Shown one piece after another: positions 41,201 through 49,402 of a DNA stretch of 64,000 nt (its first letter is position 1; each line of letters begins with the position of its first letter). The position numbers and the translations under genes are program-made. The DNA is from an uncultured Poribacteria bacterium (GTDB lineage: Bacteria > Poribacteria > WGA-4E > WGA-3G): assembly GCA_958296135.2 (NCBI GenBank), contig CATQHZ020000001.1, forward strand, positions 960,001 to 1,024,000, written 5' to 3'. The notes under the pieces are model-generated. The model had not been told where the DNA came from, ran no database searches, and saw nothing but the letters and a program-made list of their open reading frames with translations.

Positions 41201-41291
41201 GCCTTCTGCGGCTGAGGCGGAGCGGCCTTCAAAAGATGAGCGCATTCGGATGTTGGTGCAGCAGTTGCTGGAAGAGTTAGATGCGCCGTAA
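38280..41291 (+). CDS. UPF0182 family membrane protein
   Basis: LWFESVGY, DVDRY, TFTHGYG, QPRIYYGE, APFL.YD.DPY, NYIRN, VIRGNL. Confidence 0.9.
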   Translation: MSVNFAISQILISGLLGVLTFVWGILRYRRKARHRRGAAKLQAYLLWCLSGLIAVSSFVPLAYLYTEHLWFESVGYTDVFWRLYKTRWGIFGIFFLVALVFMNVNAAIANRLCPESREFRRWTHTRTVSFHWTVFSLIFFAAVLLAVPMLLLDDAAIRYLHRPLSAVGDDAARLQSTPPGADDVFGKPLNFYLFNFPVHRWVSLWVKILLWVTCAIVGLLYNFYYRRDARTMTRVKKYIVVHGSVLWLMLLATGVWRSFVNLWSKVYSTPLSEGLTRVHGLFYVDVQFEGATQLYCGVLFGVGIAVLLNLFWRNRLLWYAAIGMWFFGYVTLIHVYPLAVYWWDVRPNPPAKEAPHIALHIENTRDAFDLDSIVEKDYEKGEATLEIINRNEEVKANIQLWDRRVLYNVLRDDQIEVHHDFHPYTDVDRYRVGGRRAMPDTPESVARGKPVPHELPAQYRQVLIAAREPSPDTKEWSKLKLTFTHGYGVCVAPVNEFLGGSGLPDLWVKDVPLKIRRAYKAELNVSQPRIYYGEMTHDYVIVNTKESEHNITRKVDLGTGDSPQNQLLDTEEWHTPPYLEAAYHYDGSGGVALSGWFRRLCFAIRFDFFRILRQPAITPESRLMFWRKIGTRRGNRVVTDRISHIAPFLNYDADPYVVINEGNLYWIVDFYVTSRHYPNAQFYEDDTSLLPDSELYAEPRFKKFNYIRNAGVAVVNAYTGAVSFYAIKDDELITDAYRRAFPNLFRGVDEMPVGLRAHLRFPDYLTRIQAKMYGDYHVRDAKTFYDKDKQWKIPKEAYYSETPDQEMMPYYAMLKLPGEARAEFVNVIPFTPPRKVNYMKAWMVARCDAPHYGQRIVYILSDQVSVEGPKQVEDDINKHLSGSFRDWKEANDVIRGNLHVIPIEDGVFYVEPIYLVPKKDATSQEDNGADPVQKRPKLAAVVVKAGDNELAWDTSFDGAIQKIFLGREVSPPIAPSAAEAERPSKDERIRMLVQQLLEELDAP

Positions 41292-41344
41292 GCGTTCCAA
41301 GGCCGTGGGGCGGGGTTGTGCTTCGCGGAGGGCTTGATAGACCG

Positions 41345-41700
41345 CGGCATGGCGAGGGACAGGCCCTCGCGCTCGTTTGCGGCGAAAGGGGCCCTTTTCA
41401 CCGTAGGGCGAGGGCCCGGCGATCGCGAATCGCCGAGGGTTCCCCTCGCGCTCGTTTGCGGCGAAAGGGGCCTTTTCATCGTAGCGCGAGGGCCTGTCCC
41501 TCGCGATCGTTCTGCGGAACAAAAAATACGAATAGCTAGCCGAACGTTCCTCATCAGATCGCAGCATGGCGAGGGACAGGCCCTCGCCCTACGGTAAAGG
41601 GGCCGATCGTGCCCTACGGTAAAGGGGCCGATCGCAGCCTGGCGAGGGGGACCCCCTCGGCGATTCGCGCTCGCCGGGTTTTCCCGCGCGCTACGGACGA
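41345..41700. repeat. REP array
   Basis: Multiple gcgagggacaggccctcgc hairpins in both orientations. Confidence 0.85.
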
Positions 41701-41732
41701 AGGGCCTTTTAGCCGTGGCGCGGGGGTTGGAT

Positions 41733-41761
41733 TTGACATATCCATCGGTTTATGGTATAAT
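41733..41761 (+). promoter_or_regulatory. Sigma70 promoter
   Basis: TTGACA-17-TATAAT with TG extension. Confidence 0.8.
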
Positions 41762-41805
41762 AATTGGCATAACAAAAGCCTTGATATAAGGAGAATCAAT
41801 TCTAA

Positions 41806-43620
41806 ATGAAACGACACATCTTAATGCTCTTACTGATACTCGCATTGCCAACGGGCTTCGTGCAGGCGGAATCCGAGTGGACGATTACGAATAAACATCG
41901 CGTTATCCAAGAAGCATCCACGCAAACGAATAACGTGCCTGTCGGCACGAAGGTGGCAGCTCTTGCTGTCAAGACGCTGATGGGGGATACGCTCCAAACG
42001 CAGGGGCCCGTTGCGTTCGTGTTCCTCGCCACGGAATGTCCCGTCGCGCAGCGGTATGCCGTGCGGTTAAATCGCTTGCACGCCGAATTTGGCGAGAATC
42101 AGGTTCATTTTGTTGCGGTGTATCCGAACTCCAACGAATCGGATGAGGCTATAAAAACATACATCGCGAAAGCGGGCTACGCGTTCCCGATTGTGAAGGA
42201 CGCAACAGGACAGTTGGCGCGCCACCTCGGTGCGACGATGACACCGCAAGTTATCGTCGTCGATGCGGATGGGACGCTGCGCTACCGAGGCCCCATTGAT
42301 GATAACCGCTACGAGCCGCGGGTGAAACACCACTATCTGAAGGACGCGCTGGCGGCAGTCGTGAGTGGCGGCACGGTGCCTGTCCGTGAGGCTGCATCGT
42401 TCGGTTGCACGCTGCATATCGCTGAGCCGAGTGTTCCGGAGGCGGTTACTTACAGCGCGCACATCGCGCCGATACTGCAGCGGGAGTGCCAGTCGTGCCA
42501 TCGGCAGGGGGAAGTCGCACCGTTTTCGCTGGTGGATTACAGCGATGCAAAGGCATGGGCGACAGAAATCGCTGAATACACGAAAGCACGGTTGATGCCG
42601 CCGTGGAAACCTGCGGCGGGTTATGGTGACTTCAAAAACGAACGCCGCTTAACTGATACCGAGATTGCAACCATTTCCCGATGGGTTGAAACGGGCGCGC
42701 CTGCTGGCAATCTGGATGCGGTGCCACCTGCGCCGAAGTTTCCGGAAGGCTGGGCCCTCGGCGAACCGGATTGGATTGTCGAGATGCCGGTGGAGTATGA
42801 AATTGAACCGGAAGGCGAGGACGAATATCGCCACTTCATCATCCCCACGAACTTTCAGCAGGATATGTATGTGCAAGCCGTTGACGTGCAACCGGGAAAT
42901 CGGAAGACGGTGCATCACGTCATCGCCTATCTTGATGTGAACGGTGAGGCGCGCCAATTGGATGCGCAAGACGAGAAACCGGGCTATGTGACAGAAGGCA
43001 CGGGCCCCGGCTTTGACGATGCAGGCACGCTTGGCGGCTGGGCACCGGGCGTAACTCCCTCTGTTTTGCCGGAAGGTGTCGGATATCTTTTGCCGAGCGG
43101 CGCGGACATCGTCATGCAGGTGCATTACTACCGCACGGGACACACCGAACGCGACCGGTCGCGCTTGGGCATCTACTTCTCTAAAACACCGGAGACAGCG
43201 AAGCTGCACATCGCCTCGGCGATTAATTCGGAATTTGAGATACCGGCTGGCGCGGGTTGGCACGAAGTGTTGGCCTCGCGGCGCATCAAGACGGATTCCT
43301 ACCTCCTTGCTACAATGCCGCACATGCATCTGCTCGGCCGTGACATGCGCCTCGTCGCTACAACGCCTGAGGGAAACCAGATCGACCTGGTTTGGGTGCA
43401 GGACTGGGATTTCAATTGGCAGGATATTTATCATTACCGCGAACCGCTCTTCTTGCCTGAGGGGACGCAGGTGGAATTAGTCGCGCATTTTGACAATTCT
43501 GCGGGGAACCCCGCGAATCCGCATAGTCCGCCTGTCCCTGTCGGTTGGGGCGAAAAGACGACTGATGAGATGTGCATCGGGTTTATTTACTACGTCAAGG
43601 CGAGTGAGTGGGCCCCGTAG
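41806..43620 (+). CDS. Secreted redoxin + c-type heme + copper type II monooxygenase-like protein
   Basis: Signal peptide; ECPVA/YRGPIDD redoxin; CQSCH heme motif; HHVI, QVHY, PHMH, DEMC copper-ligand motifs. Confidence 0.82.
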   Translation: MKRHILMLLLILALPTGFVQAESEWTITNKHRVIQEASTQTNNVPVGTKVAALAVKTLMGDTLQTQGPVAFVFLATECPVAQRYAVRLNRLHAEFGENQVHFVAVYPNSNESDEAIKTYIAKAGYAFPIVKDATGQLARHLGATMTPQVIVVDADGTLRYRGPIDDNRYEPRVKHHYLKDALAAVVSGGTVPVREAASFGCTLHIAEPSVPEAVTYSAHIAPILQRECQSCHRQGEVAPFSLVDYSDAKAWATEIAEYTKARLMPPWKPAAGYGDFKNERRLTDTEIATISRWVETGAPAGNLDAVPPAPKFPEGWALGEPDWIVEMPVEYEIEPEGEDEYRHFIIPTNFQQDMYVQAVDVQPGNRKTVHHVIAYLDVNGEARQLDAQDEKPGYVTEGTGPGFDDAGTLGGWAPGVTPSVLPEGVGYLLPSGADIVMQVHYYRTGHTERDRSRLGIYFSKTPETAKLHIASAINSEFEIPAGAGWHEVLASRRIKTDSYLLATMPHMHLLGRDMRLVATTPEGNQIDLVWVQDWDFNWQDIYHYREPLFLPEGTQVELVAHFDNSAGNPANPHSPPVPVGWGEKTTDEMCIGFIYYVKASEWAP

Positions 43621-43631
43621 GGGGCCGCCTA

Positions 43632-43805
43632 TCGGTATCGGGACAGGGATGTCCCTCCTACATCGGGACAGGGATGTCCCTCCTACATCGGGACAGGGAT
43701 GTCCCTCCTACTGAGGAGACATCGGGATAGGGAGGGGCCGCCTGTATCGGGACAGGGATGTCTCTCCTACTGAGGAGACATCGGGACCGGGAGGTCCCTC
43801 CTACT
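43632..43805. repeat. Tandem REP units atcgggacagggatgtccctcctac
   Basis: About six copies, ending CTAC (GTAG on the minus strand). Confidence 0.85.
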
Positions 43806-44517
43806 CAGGTTCAAGCGATGGTTTCTTTCCGAGATAATACACCGCTGATGCGAGAATGTGCGCGTTCGGGTTCCAGAGGAGCATCCAGTCGAGCAACAAT
43901 AATGGGAAGGTAATCCACCCGACAATGAGCGAGATGAATTTGCCGAACACGAGGCTGCCGAAAGAGTAGAGTATCCCGACGTATTCACGGAAGATCCAGT
44001 GCAGGGAGGCAGTCGGGCCGGCGCACGCGCCGCTCTCAACTTCGGCGAAGGCCGCGAAGAGTTCGACGATTCCGGGTAGCGTCCACCGCTGATAATCGTG
44101 CGGTGAGGCGTGATACCCCTGCAGGAAAGGCACTGCGACGCAGACAATTCCTCCCGGTTTCAGCACGCGATACATTTCCGCGACGATGAGGCTTGGGGAG
44201 CGGACATGTTCAAGCACTGCTTCGGAGATGATGGCATCGAAGGAGTCATCTTTGAAAGGTAAGAGGTGTCCATCGGCGACGACATCGACTTGTGCGCCGG
44301 GCTCGATTTCAAGGTTGATGATGTTCGGTGAACGGCGGCGGATGCCGGAGCCGAGGTCGAGGATAGTTGCGTCGTCTTCGCAGTATTCAAGGACTCGGCG
44401 CACACATTTGTTCCAGCGGGGTGCAGGGTAGGGACATCCGATGAAGGGGGCAAGCAGCCGGTTTTGGCGCAATCGGCGTTTGAGCCGCGCGATAAAATCA
44501 GGACGTTGGTAAAGCAT
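43801..44517 (-). CDS. Class I SAM-dependent methyltransferase
   Basis: ILDLGSG, LPFKDDSFD, VLEHV, RVLKPGG, P.DY.RWT. Confidence 0.9.
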   Translation of the reverse strand: MLYQRPDFIARLKRRLRQNRLLAPFIGCPYPAPRWNKCVRRVLEYCEDDATILDLGSGIRRRSPNIINLEIEPGAQVDVVADGHLLPFKDDSFDAIISEAVLEHVRSPSLIVAEMYRVLKPGGIVCVAVPFLQGYHASPHDYQRWTLPGIVELFAAFAEVESGACAGPTASLHWIFREYVGILYSFGSLVFGKFISLIVGWITFPLLLLDWMLLWNPNAHILASAVYYLGKKPSLEPE

Positions 44518-44628
44518 ATCGTTTTTTCATTTTTCTGAATGAGGATGCTAGCGTTTTTACTTTATCATCAAACCTGTCGGCGTTTGCCTTGGAGCGGGCT
44601 GTTCAAGCGGCGGCAAAGCTAGAGAAAT

Positions 44629-45846
44629 ATGAACAACTATCGCGGGCAATTCCGCGCGTTTTACACCTATACGTTGCGCCTCGGTGCAAATGTATGGCAT
44701 CAATTCATTGAGCACAAATGCCTTCAGCAGGCTTCATCGCTGGCTTTCAACACGCTTCTCTGCCTTGTGCCGTTGTCCGCTGTTGCGCTATTTTTGCTAA
44801 AAACCTTCGGTGTTGTTGAGAACGAGGAGTCCCCGCTGATAGCGTCGCTCGGCAATTTTCTTCCGCATTACGGTGCTGAAGAGATTGTATCACGTCTCTC
44901 CGAATTTACCAACAAAAATCTCGGTAGCCTCAGCGTCGGCGGGTTTCTATTCTTCCTGCTGGTTTCAACGATGCTGTTTATGTCGGTTGAGCAGCACTTC
45001 AACGATATATGGGGTGCGCGCCGGCGGCTGCCGTTGCTCCAAGCGTTTCAGAAATATGCCGTTTTTTACACGATACTGTCACTTGGCCCGCTTTTAATCT
45101 GGTTTTTCTTTTCCACTGCGAACAGCTGGCTATTCTCGCACGTATTCCCATGGCTGCTGTTCTACTGCCTCTTTTTGCTGATGTATATCGCGCTGCCGAA
45201 CACATCCGTAGAATGGGGTGCGGCACTCACCGGGGCGTTCATCGCTGGCACGCTGTTCCAAATCGCGCGACTCCCGTTTGGACGCTACTTTGAGTTGGTG
45301 TGGAAGAACTATGACGCAATTTACGGCGCGCTTGCACTCCTGGTTATTCTTGCCATTTGGACATACGCCACCTGGGTTATCATCCTGCTTGGTGCTGAGG
45401 TGACAAACGCGGTTCAGCACTTCGGGAGGCGCGCGCTCCCTAGCGCGATGCCTTCTGATGAGAAGGTTAGTTATATCAACGCAGCCGGTGCTATTGCGCT
45501 GTTCCTCGTGGTAGCTGACCGGTTCCACCGCGGCAAGGGCGCGTGCTCCGCCGATGACATTGTCTCCCTCGCTCGCATCCCGGCAGAAGTGGTAGATGAA
45601 TGTTTCAAACGCTTCAAAGCGGCCGGGCTCATCTATGAAGTTGAGGGTGACACAACCGGCTATCTTCCCGCGCAAGTGCTCAGCGACATTACGCTCGACC
45701 AGGTTGTTGACGTTGTCGAGGGGGGCCTCTCCGAACATTTCACATCAGCAATGCTTGTTGCGCCGGAGGGAACGCGGATATTGCGGGAACTCCAGCGGAT
45801 TCAGGCGGAAACCCTGAAAAACGTCACGGTTGAATCGCTTTTGTGA
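44629..45846 (+). CDS. YihY/BrkB family membrane protein with C-terminal Rrf2-like HTH
   Basis: ASSLAFNTLLCLVP, FNDIWG, ALPN, IYGALA, LLGAE, C-term GYLPA..ITLDQV. Confidence 0.88.
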   Translation: MNNYRGQFRAFYTYTLRLGANVWHQFIEHKCLQQASSLAFNTLLCLVPLSAVALFLLKTFGVVENEESPLIASLGNFLPHYGAEEIVSRLSEFTNKNLGSLSVGGFLFFLLVSTMLFMSVEQHFNDIWGARRRLPLLQAFQKYAVFYTILSLGPLLIWFFFSTANSWLFSHVFPWLLFYCLFLLMYIALPNTSVEWGAALTGAFIAGTLFQIARLPFGRYFELVWKNYDAIYGALALLVILAIWTYATWVIILLGAEVTNAVQHFGRRALPSAMPSDEKVSYINAAGAIALFLVVADRFHRGKGACSADDIVSLARIPAEVVDECFKRFKAAGLIYEVEGDTTGYLPAQVLSDITLDQVVDVVEGGLSEHFTSAMLVAPEGTRILRELQRIQAETLKNVTVESLL

Positions 45847-45868
45847 TAGAGGCGGTAGCAGTTATGTC

Positions 45869-46123
45869 TTAATAGACATTGCTACGGTGTCGAATTCGGG
45901 AGACTTCAATCGACTGAGTTTGCGTGTCAAAGGTATAGAGAATTCGGTAATCGCCTACCGCCACCCTGAACTTCCCTTTGTGTTTCCCTTTCAGTGCCAC
46001 ATGCTTCATCTTATCACATTGTTTGCGTAACCGCTCAAATTTCTGGCGGATTCGTTTGCGAACCGTGGCATCCAAACGCCACAGATCGGCTTGCGCGGGT
46101 GAGGTTAACTTCAACGTATACAC
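45869..46123 (-). CDS. RelE/ParE family toxin
   Basis: 84 aa basic; Y.L.L...A..DL.RLD..VRKRI, FRV.VGDYRILY, I.HRS.VY. Confidence 0.9.
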   Translation of the reverse strand: MYTLKLTSPAQADLWRLDATVRKRIRQKFERLRKQCDKMKHVALKGKHKGKFRVAVGDYRILYTFDTQTQSIEVSRIRHRSNVY

Positions 46124-46821
46124 GCCGACTCTCTCTCAAGCGCTTTGAAAGCCTCGTCAAGCGTCCACATCTTGCCGCCGGATTTGATGTATGCGTCACC
46201 CTGGTCCAGTTCCTCGACGAACTCTGGGCGCAGCTCTAGTCCTTCATCCGGGTCATAGTGGTAATTCTCTAGTGCGAGTTCAAACAACTCGTAGGCGACA
46301 AAAAATTCGCGAAAAGCGGCATCTAACGTTTTGCAAGGAGCGTCTTGTTTCAGCAGTGCGGCGAGCCGTGCGCGCGAAATGAAGAGTTCCTGCGTGACGA
46401 GACTACGGAGCAGTGCGCAGAATTCGCCTGGTGCCAACGCCGAGATCTTCTGTTGCGGCATGGTATCGCTGTTGAGGTAAGTGCCCATGCGTCTGAAGAT
46501 GCGTTGCTTGCGCGTTGTCTTCCGGTTCGCGTGGATATAGTCGCGGTGCCGCCTCAGCTTTTTGGCGAGTGGTGTGTGCGGTTCTAGTCCTTCCCCCGGG
46601 TCTTCCTCGTATTCCTCAAGCGACAAGGCAAGTTCTTGATATCCACAGAAAAATTCACGGAAGGCTTTCTCCAACTTCGCTGTGTTCTTCGGTGAGGGAG
46701 GCTCGCTCATCAAAGTGATGAGTTTCTCTCGCCTTATGAAGATTGGCGCGTTCACGAGTGTCGGTAAAAATTGGCGAAATTCCTCAGGCGACATGTTTGC
46801 AATATCCGTTGCTTTTTCCAT
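46111..46821 (-). CDS. Putative antitoxin built from two homologous halves
   Basis: Overlaps the toxin start; acidic C-terminus DPDEGLELRPEF..GKMWTLDEA; internal duplication. Confidence 0.65.
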   Translation of the reverse strand: MEKATDIANMSPEEFRQFLPTLVNAPIFIRREKLITLMSEPPSPKNTAKLEKAFREFFCGYQELALSLEEYEEDPGEGLEPHTPLAKKLRRHRDYIHANRKTTRKQRIFRRMGTYLNSDTMPQQKISALAPGEFCALLRSLVTQELFISRARLAALLKQDAPCKTLDAAFREFFVAYELFELALENYHYDPDEGLELRPEFVEELDQGDAYIKSGGKMWTLDEAFKALERESACIR

Positions 46822-46836
46822 GCGGGGCTCCTCATT

Positions 46837-46876
46837 AAGAAAAAGGGCAGGCAGCGAGGGGGGCCTGCCCTTCCTA
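46837..46876 (-). terminator. Possible intrinsic terminator / GTAG-type hairpin after the dsRBD gene
   Basis: GGGCAGGC/GCCTGCCC stem followed by TTTTTCTT on the minus strand. Confidence 0.5.
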
Positions 46877-46885
46877 CAGAAAACG

Positions 46886-47410
46886 TTAGATAAACGTCAT
46901 CTCGTCTTGTTCTGCCTTCTCAACGAGCTCTCGGACAATGTGGAGCGTCAATCGGGCCAATTTCTGCGAGAATTCTGCATCGGTGAGGGTGCGGTATCGC
47001 GTTGGTTGCGATGCTGTCAACCGTTCGTTCGCGATGATCAGCGCGCTTGAGACGATGTCAATCGGCACTTCAATCGCCCGCAATTCAGCGGCGACCGGCG
47101 GTGTTGGCGTGGTTGCTGCGGGTGCTTGCTCGGCCACTTCGCCGGCCAAAAAGCGTTCGCGCCGCGAGTCGATCTCGGACAATATCTGCTTGGATGCGAG
47201 TTGGTGCGCGAACTTTTTGGAGCCAGGGACGGGTTCCGGTGTCTCATGCGTGCAGTCTCCGTAACGGACGGTGACGTGCCAGCTGGGTGCGTCCGGTGGC
47301 CCGTGCTGCGTTTCGGTATAGATAGGCTGGCTTAACCCGCGTTCTTGGCAGTACTGGATGAGTCGCCCTTTGTAGTTTTCTACCGCTTCATCCGTATGCA
47401 GTGCTGTCAT
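46886..47410 (-). CDS. Stand-alone double-stranded RNA-binding domain protein
   Basis: NYKGRLIQYCQ..P.Y....GPPDAP.W.VTV...GSKK.A.Q.A matches the dsRBD pattern; no RNase III domain; SD GAGGAGG. Confidence 0.8.
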   Translation of the reverse strand: MTALHTDEAVENYKGRLIQYCQERGLSQPIYTETQHGPPDAPSWHVTVRYGDCTHETPEPVPGSKKFAHQLASKQILSEIDSRRERFLAGEVAEQAPAATTPTPPVAAELRAIEVPIDIVSSALIIANERLTASQPTRYRTLTDAEFSQKLARLTLHIVRELVEKAEQDEMTFI

Positions 47411-47431
47411 GATGTGCCTCCTCGTGCCGGG

Positions 47432-47656
47432 TTAACGGCCGCCGTTGTTGTAGCGTGGCCGGTATTCCACCGTGCGCGGTTTGACTTTCCGCTGCCGTTT
47501 CATCTCAATTCTGCGCCGTTTCTCGCTGGGCTTTTCATAAAAGCTGCGTTTTTTAATTTCTGTGACGATGCCGGCTTTCCCGCACATCTTCTTAAAACGT
47601 GCGAGGGCGCGGTCGAACGCTTCACCGGAATCCACGTTAACTTCTACTTGAACCAT
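47432..47656 (-). CDS. rpsU: 30S ribosomal protein S21
   Basis: GEAFDRALARFKK..K.GI..E.KKR.FYEKPS. Confidence 0.93.
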   Translation of the reverse strand: MVQVEVNVDSGEAFDRALARFKKMCGKAGIVTEIKKRSFYEKPSEKRRRIEMKRQRKVKPRTVEYRPRYNNGGR

Positions 47657-47692
47657 TTGAAAGTTCCTCCGTAATAGAAAATAGTTATGCAT

Positions 47693-47721
47693 ATTATACC
47701 ACATTTCAATCCGAATGTCAA
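47693..47721 (-). promoter_or_regulatory. Sigma70 promoter of rpsU
   Basis: TTGACA-17-TATAAT on the minus strand. Confidence 0.85.
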
Positions 47722-47797
47722 ATCTTTTTTCTTTCGGCGCGAGCGTTTGACAATTCCTCCGAGGGCTGCTATATTCATTGCAAGAGGAGGCACCCCT

Positions 47798-48556
47798 ATT
47801 TTTGAAGTGATTATCTTATGTTTCGGCGCGTGGCTCACCGGCGTGAGCAAGGCGGGCTTCGGCGGTGGCATCGGGATGATTGTCGTTCCGATGTTCACGC
47901 ACTTTCGGTCAGCGCGCAATGTCGTTGGCTTGATGCTCCTGCTGCTATTTTCAACGGATGTTTTCTCGCTGCGGCACTATTGGAAGCGGTGGCATCGGCA
48001 GAGCATCTGGCGGTTGATACCGGGCTCTATCGTTGGCATCGCCCTGGCAAGCCTGATTTTAAAGGATATTTCTGACGTTCAGTTGAAGAAGGCGATCGGC
48101 GGCATCGCCTGTCTGTTCGCGCTGTTAGAATTGTTGCGTCCCTATTGGCAGCCCCGAATCGCGAGAGGGAAGTCGCGCTCGGTATACGGCTATTACTCAT
48201 TCAACGCGTGGCAGGGATTTTTCGCAGGCGTGCTCACCGGTATCTTCACGACGCTCGCGCACATGGGTGGGCTTGTCGTCGTCATGTATCTGCTGCCGCA
48301 ACGCTTAGGCAATACTACCTTTGTGGCGACGACAACGGCTATCTACTTCTTGCTGAACTTCGTCAAAATCCCGTTTTACGCGCGGCTGGAGCTCTTCTCT
48401 TTTGAAATTCTGGTTGAGGCGGTTGCTTTGCTGCCGTTCATCGGGCTCGGCGTGCTGACAGGGATCTCGCTTAACAATCGCGTGCCGGAGCGGCTTTTCT
48501 CTAGAATCGTCCTCGGATTCCTGCTGGCAACTGGGGTGCATTTGGTGTTGGCATGA
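47798..48556 (+). CDS. Sulfite exporter TauE/SafE family permease
   Basis: GVSKAGFGGG, multiple TM helices, AHMGG, NFVKIPFY; start uncertain (ATT 47798 or GTG 47807). Confidence 0.88.
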   Translation: MFEVIILCFGAWLTGVSKAGFGGGIGMIVVPMFTHFRSARNVVGLMLLLLFSTDVFSLRHYWKRWHRQSIWRLIPGSIVGIALASLILKDISDVQLKKAIGGIACLFALLELLRPYWQPRIARGKSRSVYGYYSFNAWQGFFAGVLTGIFTTLAHMGGLVVVMYLLPQRLGNTTFVATTTAIYFLLNFVKIPFYARLELFSFEILVEAVALLPFIGLGVLTGISLNNRVPERLFSRIVLGFLLATGVHLVLA

Positions 48557-48639
48557 TACGCAATGCACCGCTTGCCTTTGGCCCGTCGGGACGCGGGAGG
48601 AGAGTTGAGACCAGGAGGTGGGAACGGATGAAGGGCCCT

Positions 48640-49310
48640 TTCAATCGTAGCGCGAGGGAAAACCCGGCGATTCGTGCTCGCCGGGCCCTCGCCCTACGGA
48701 CTAAGGCGCATTTTCACCATCGCGCGAAAGAGGCCCTTATTAACCGTAGCGCGAGGGCCTGTCCCTCGCGATCCTTCGATCCCTCAAAACGGCCCCTTTC
48801 ACCGTCGGCCCCTTTTCACCGTAGCGCGAGGGCCTGTCCCTCGCGATCCTTCGATCCCTCAAAACGGCCCCTTTCACCGTCGGCCCCTTTTCACCGTAGC
48901 GCGAGGGAAAACTTGTTCCTCGCGAACCCTCTCGCTAGACCGATGCCTGGCGCGGCACAGTGGACATCTCTGCAGCGAGGCTGCAGAGATGACAAAGTTT
49001 CGGCGTGACGGCCCTCGCCCTACGGACGAAGGGGCTTTTTTACTGATGCCTGGCGCGGCACAGGCCCGCGCCCTACGGACTAAGGCCCCTTTTCACCGTA
49101 GCGCGAGGGCCTGTCCCTCGCGATCGTTCGCCGACACGAAAACCGCCCGAAGCCCCGGCTTTTCTGTGCAGGTCGCGGCATTGCGAGGGGAACCCTCGGC
49201 GATTCGTGATCGCCGGGCCCTCGCCCTACGGTAGAAGGGGCCTTTTTACCGATGCATGGCGAGGGACAGGCCTGCGCCCTATCGAGACGCGGGAGGGCGC
49301 ACCTACAAGC
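48640..49310. repeat. REP array with a 50-bp insert at 48960-49009
   Basis: GTAG-hairpin units with duplicated spacers; empty sister ggcgcggcacaggcccgcgcc near 49052. Confidence 0.88.
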
Positions 49311-49402
49311 GCGCATAACAAAATTCTCGCTTGCGAAATACTCGCAAATCGTGTAGACTTGCACAAAATTAGGACTGAATAAATACCAGAAGAAAAGAGG
49401 AT

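Noticed and set aside
43632-43805. Tandem ~25-bp repeats (and the arrays at 50.4, 56.4 and 59.6 kb) as a CRISPR array
   Set aside because: No unique constant-length spacers, units occur in both orientations with duplicated spacers, they carry GTAG-REP hallmarks, and there are no cas genes
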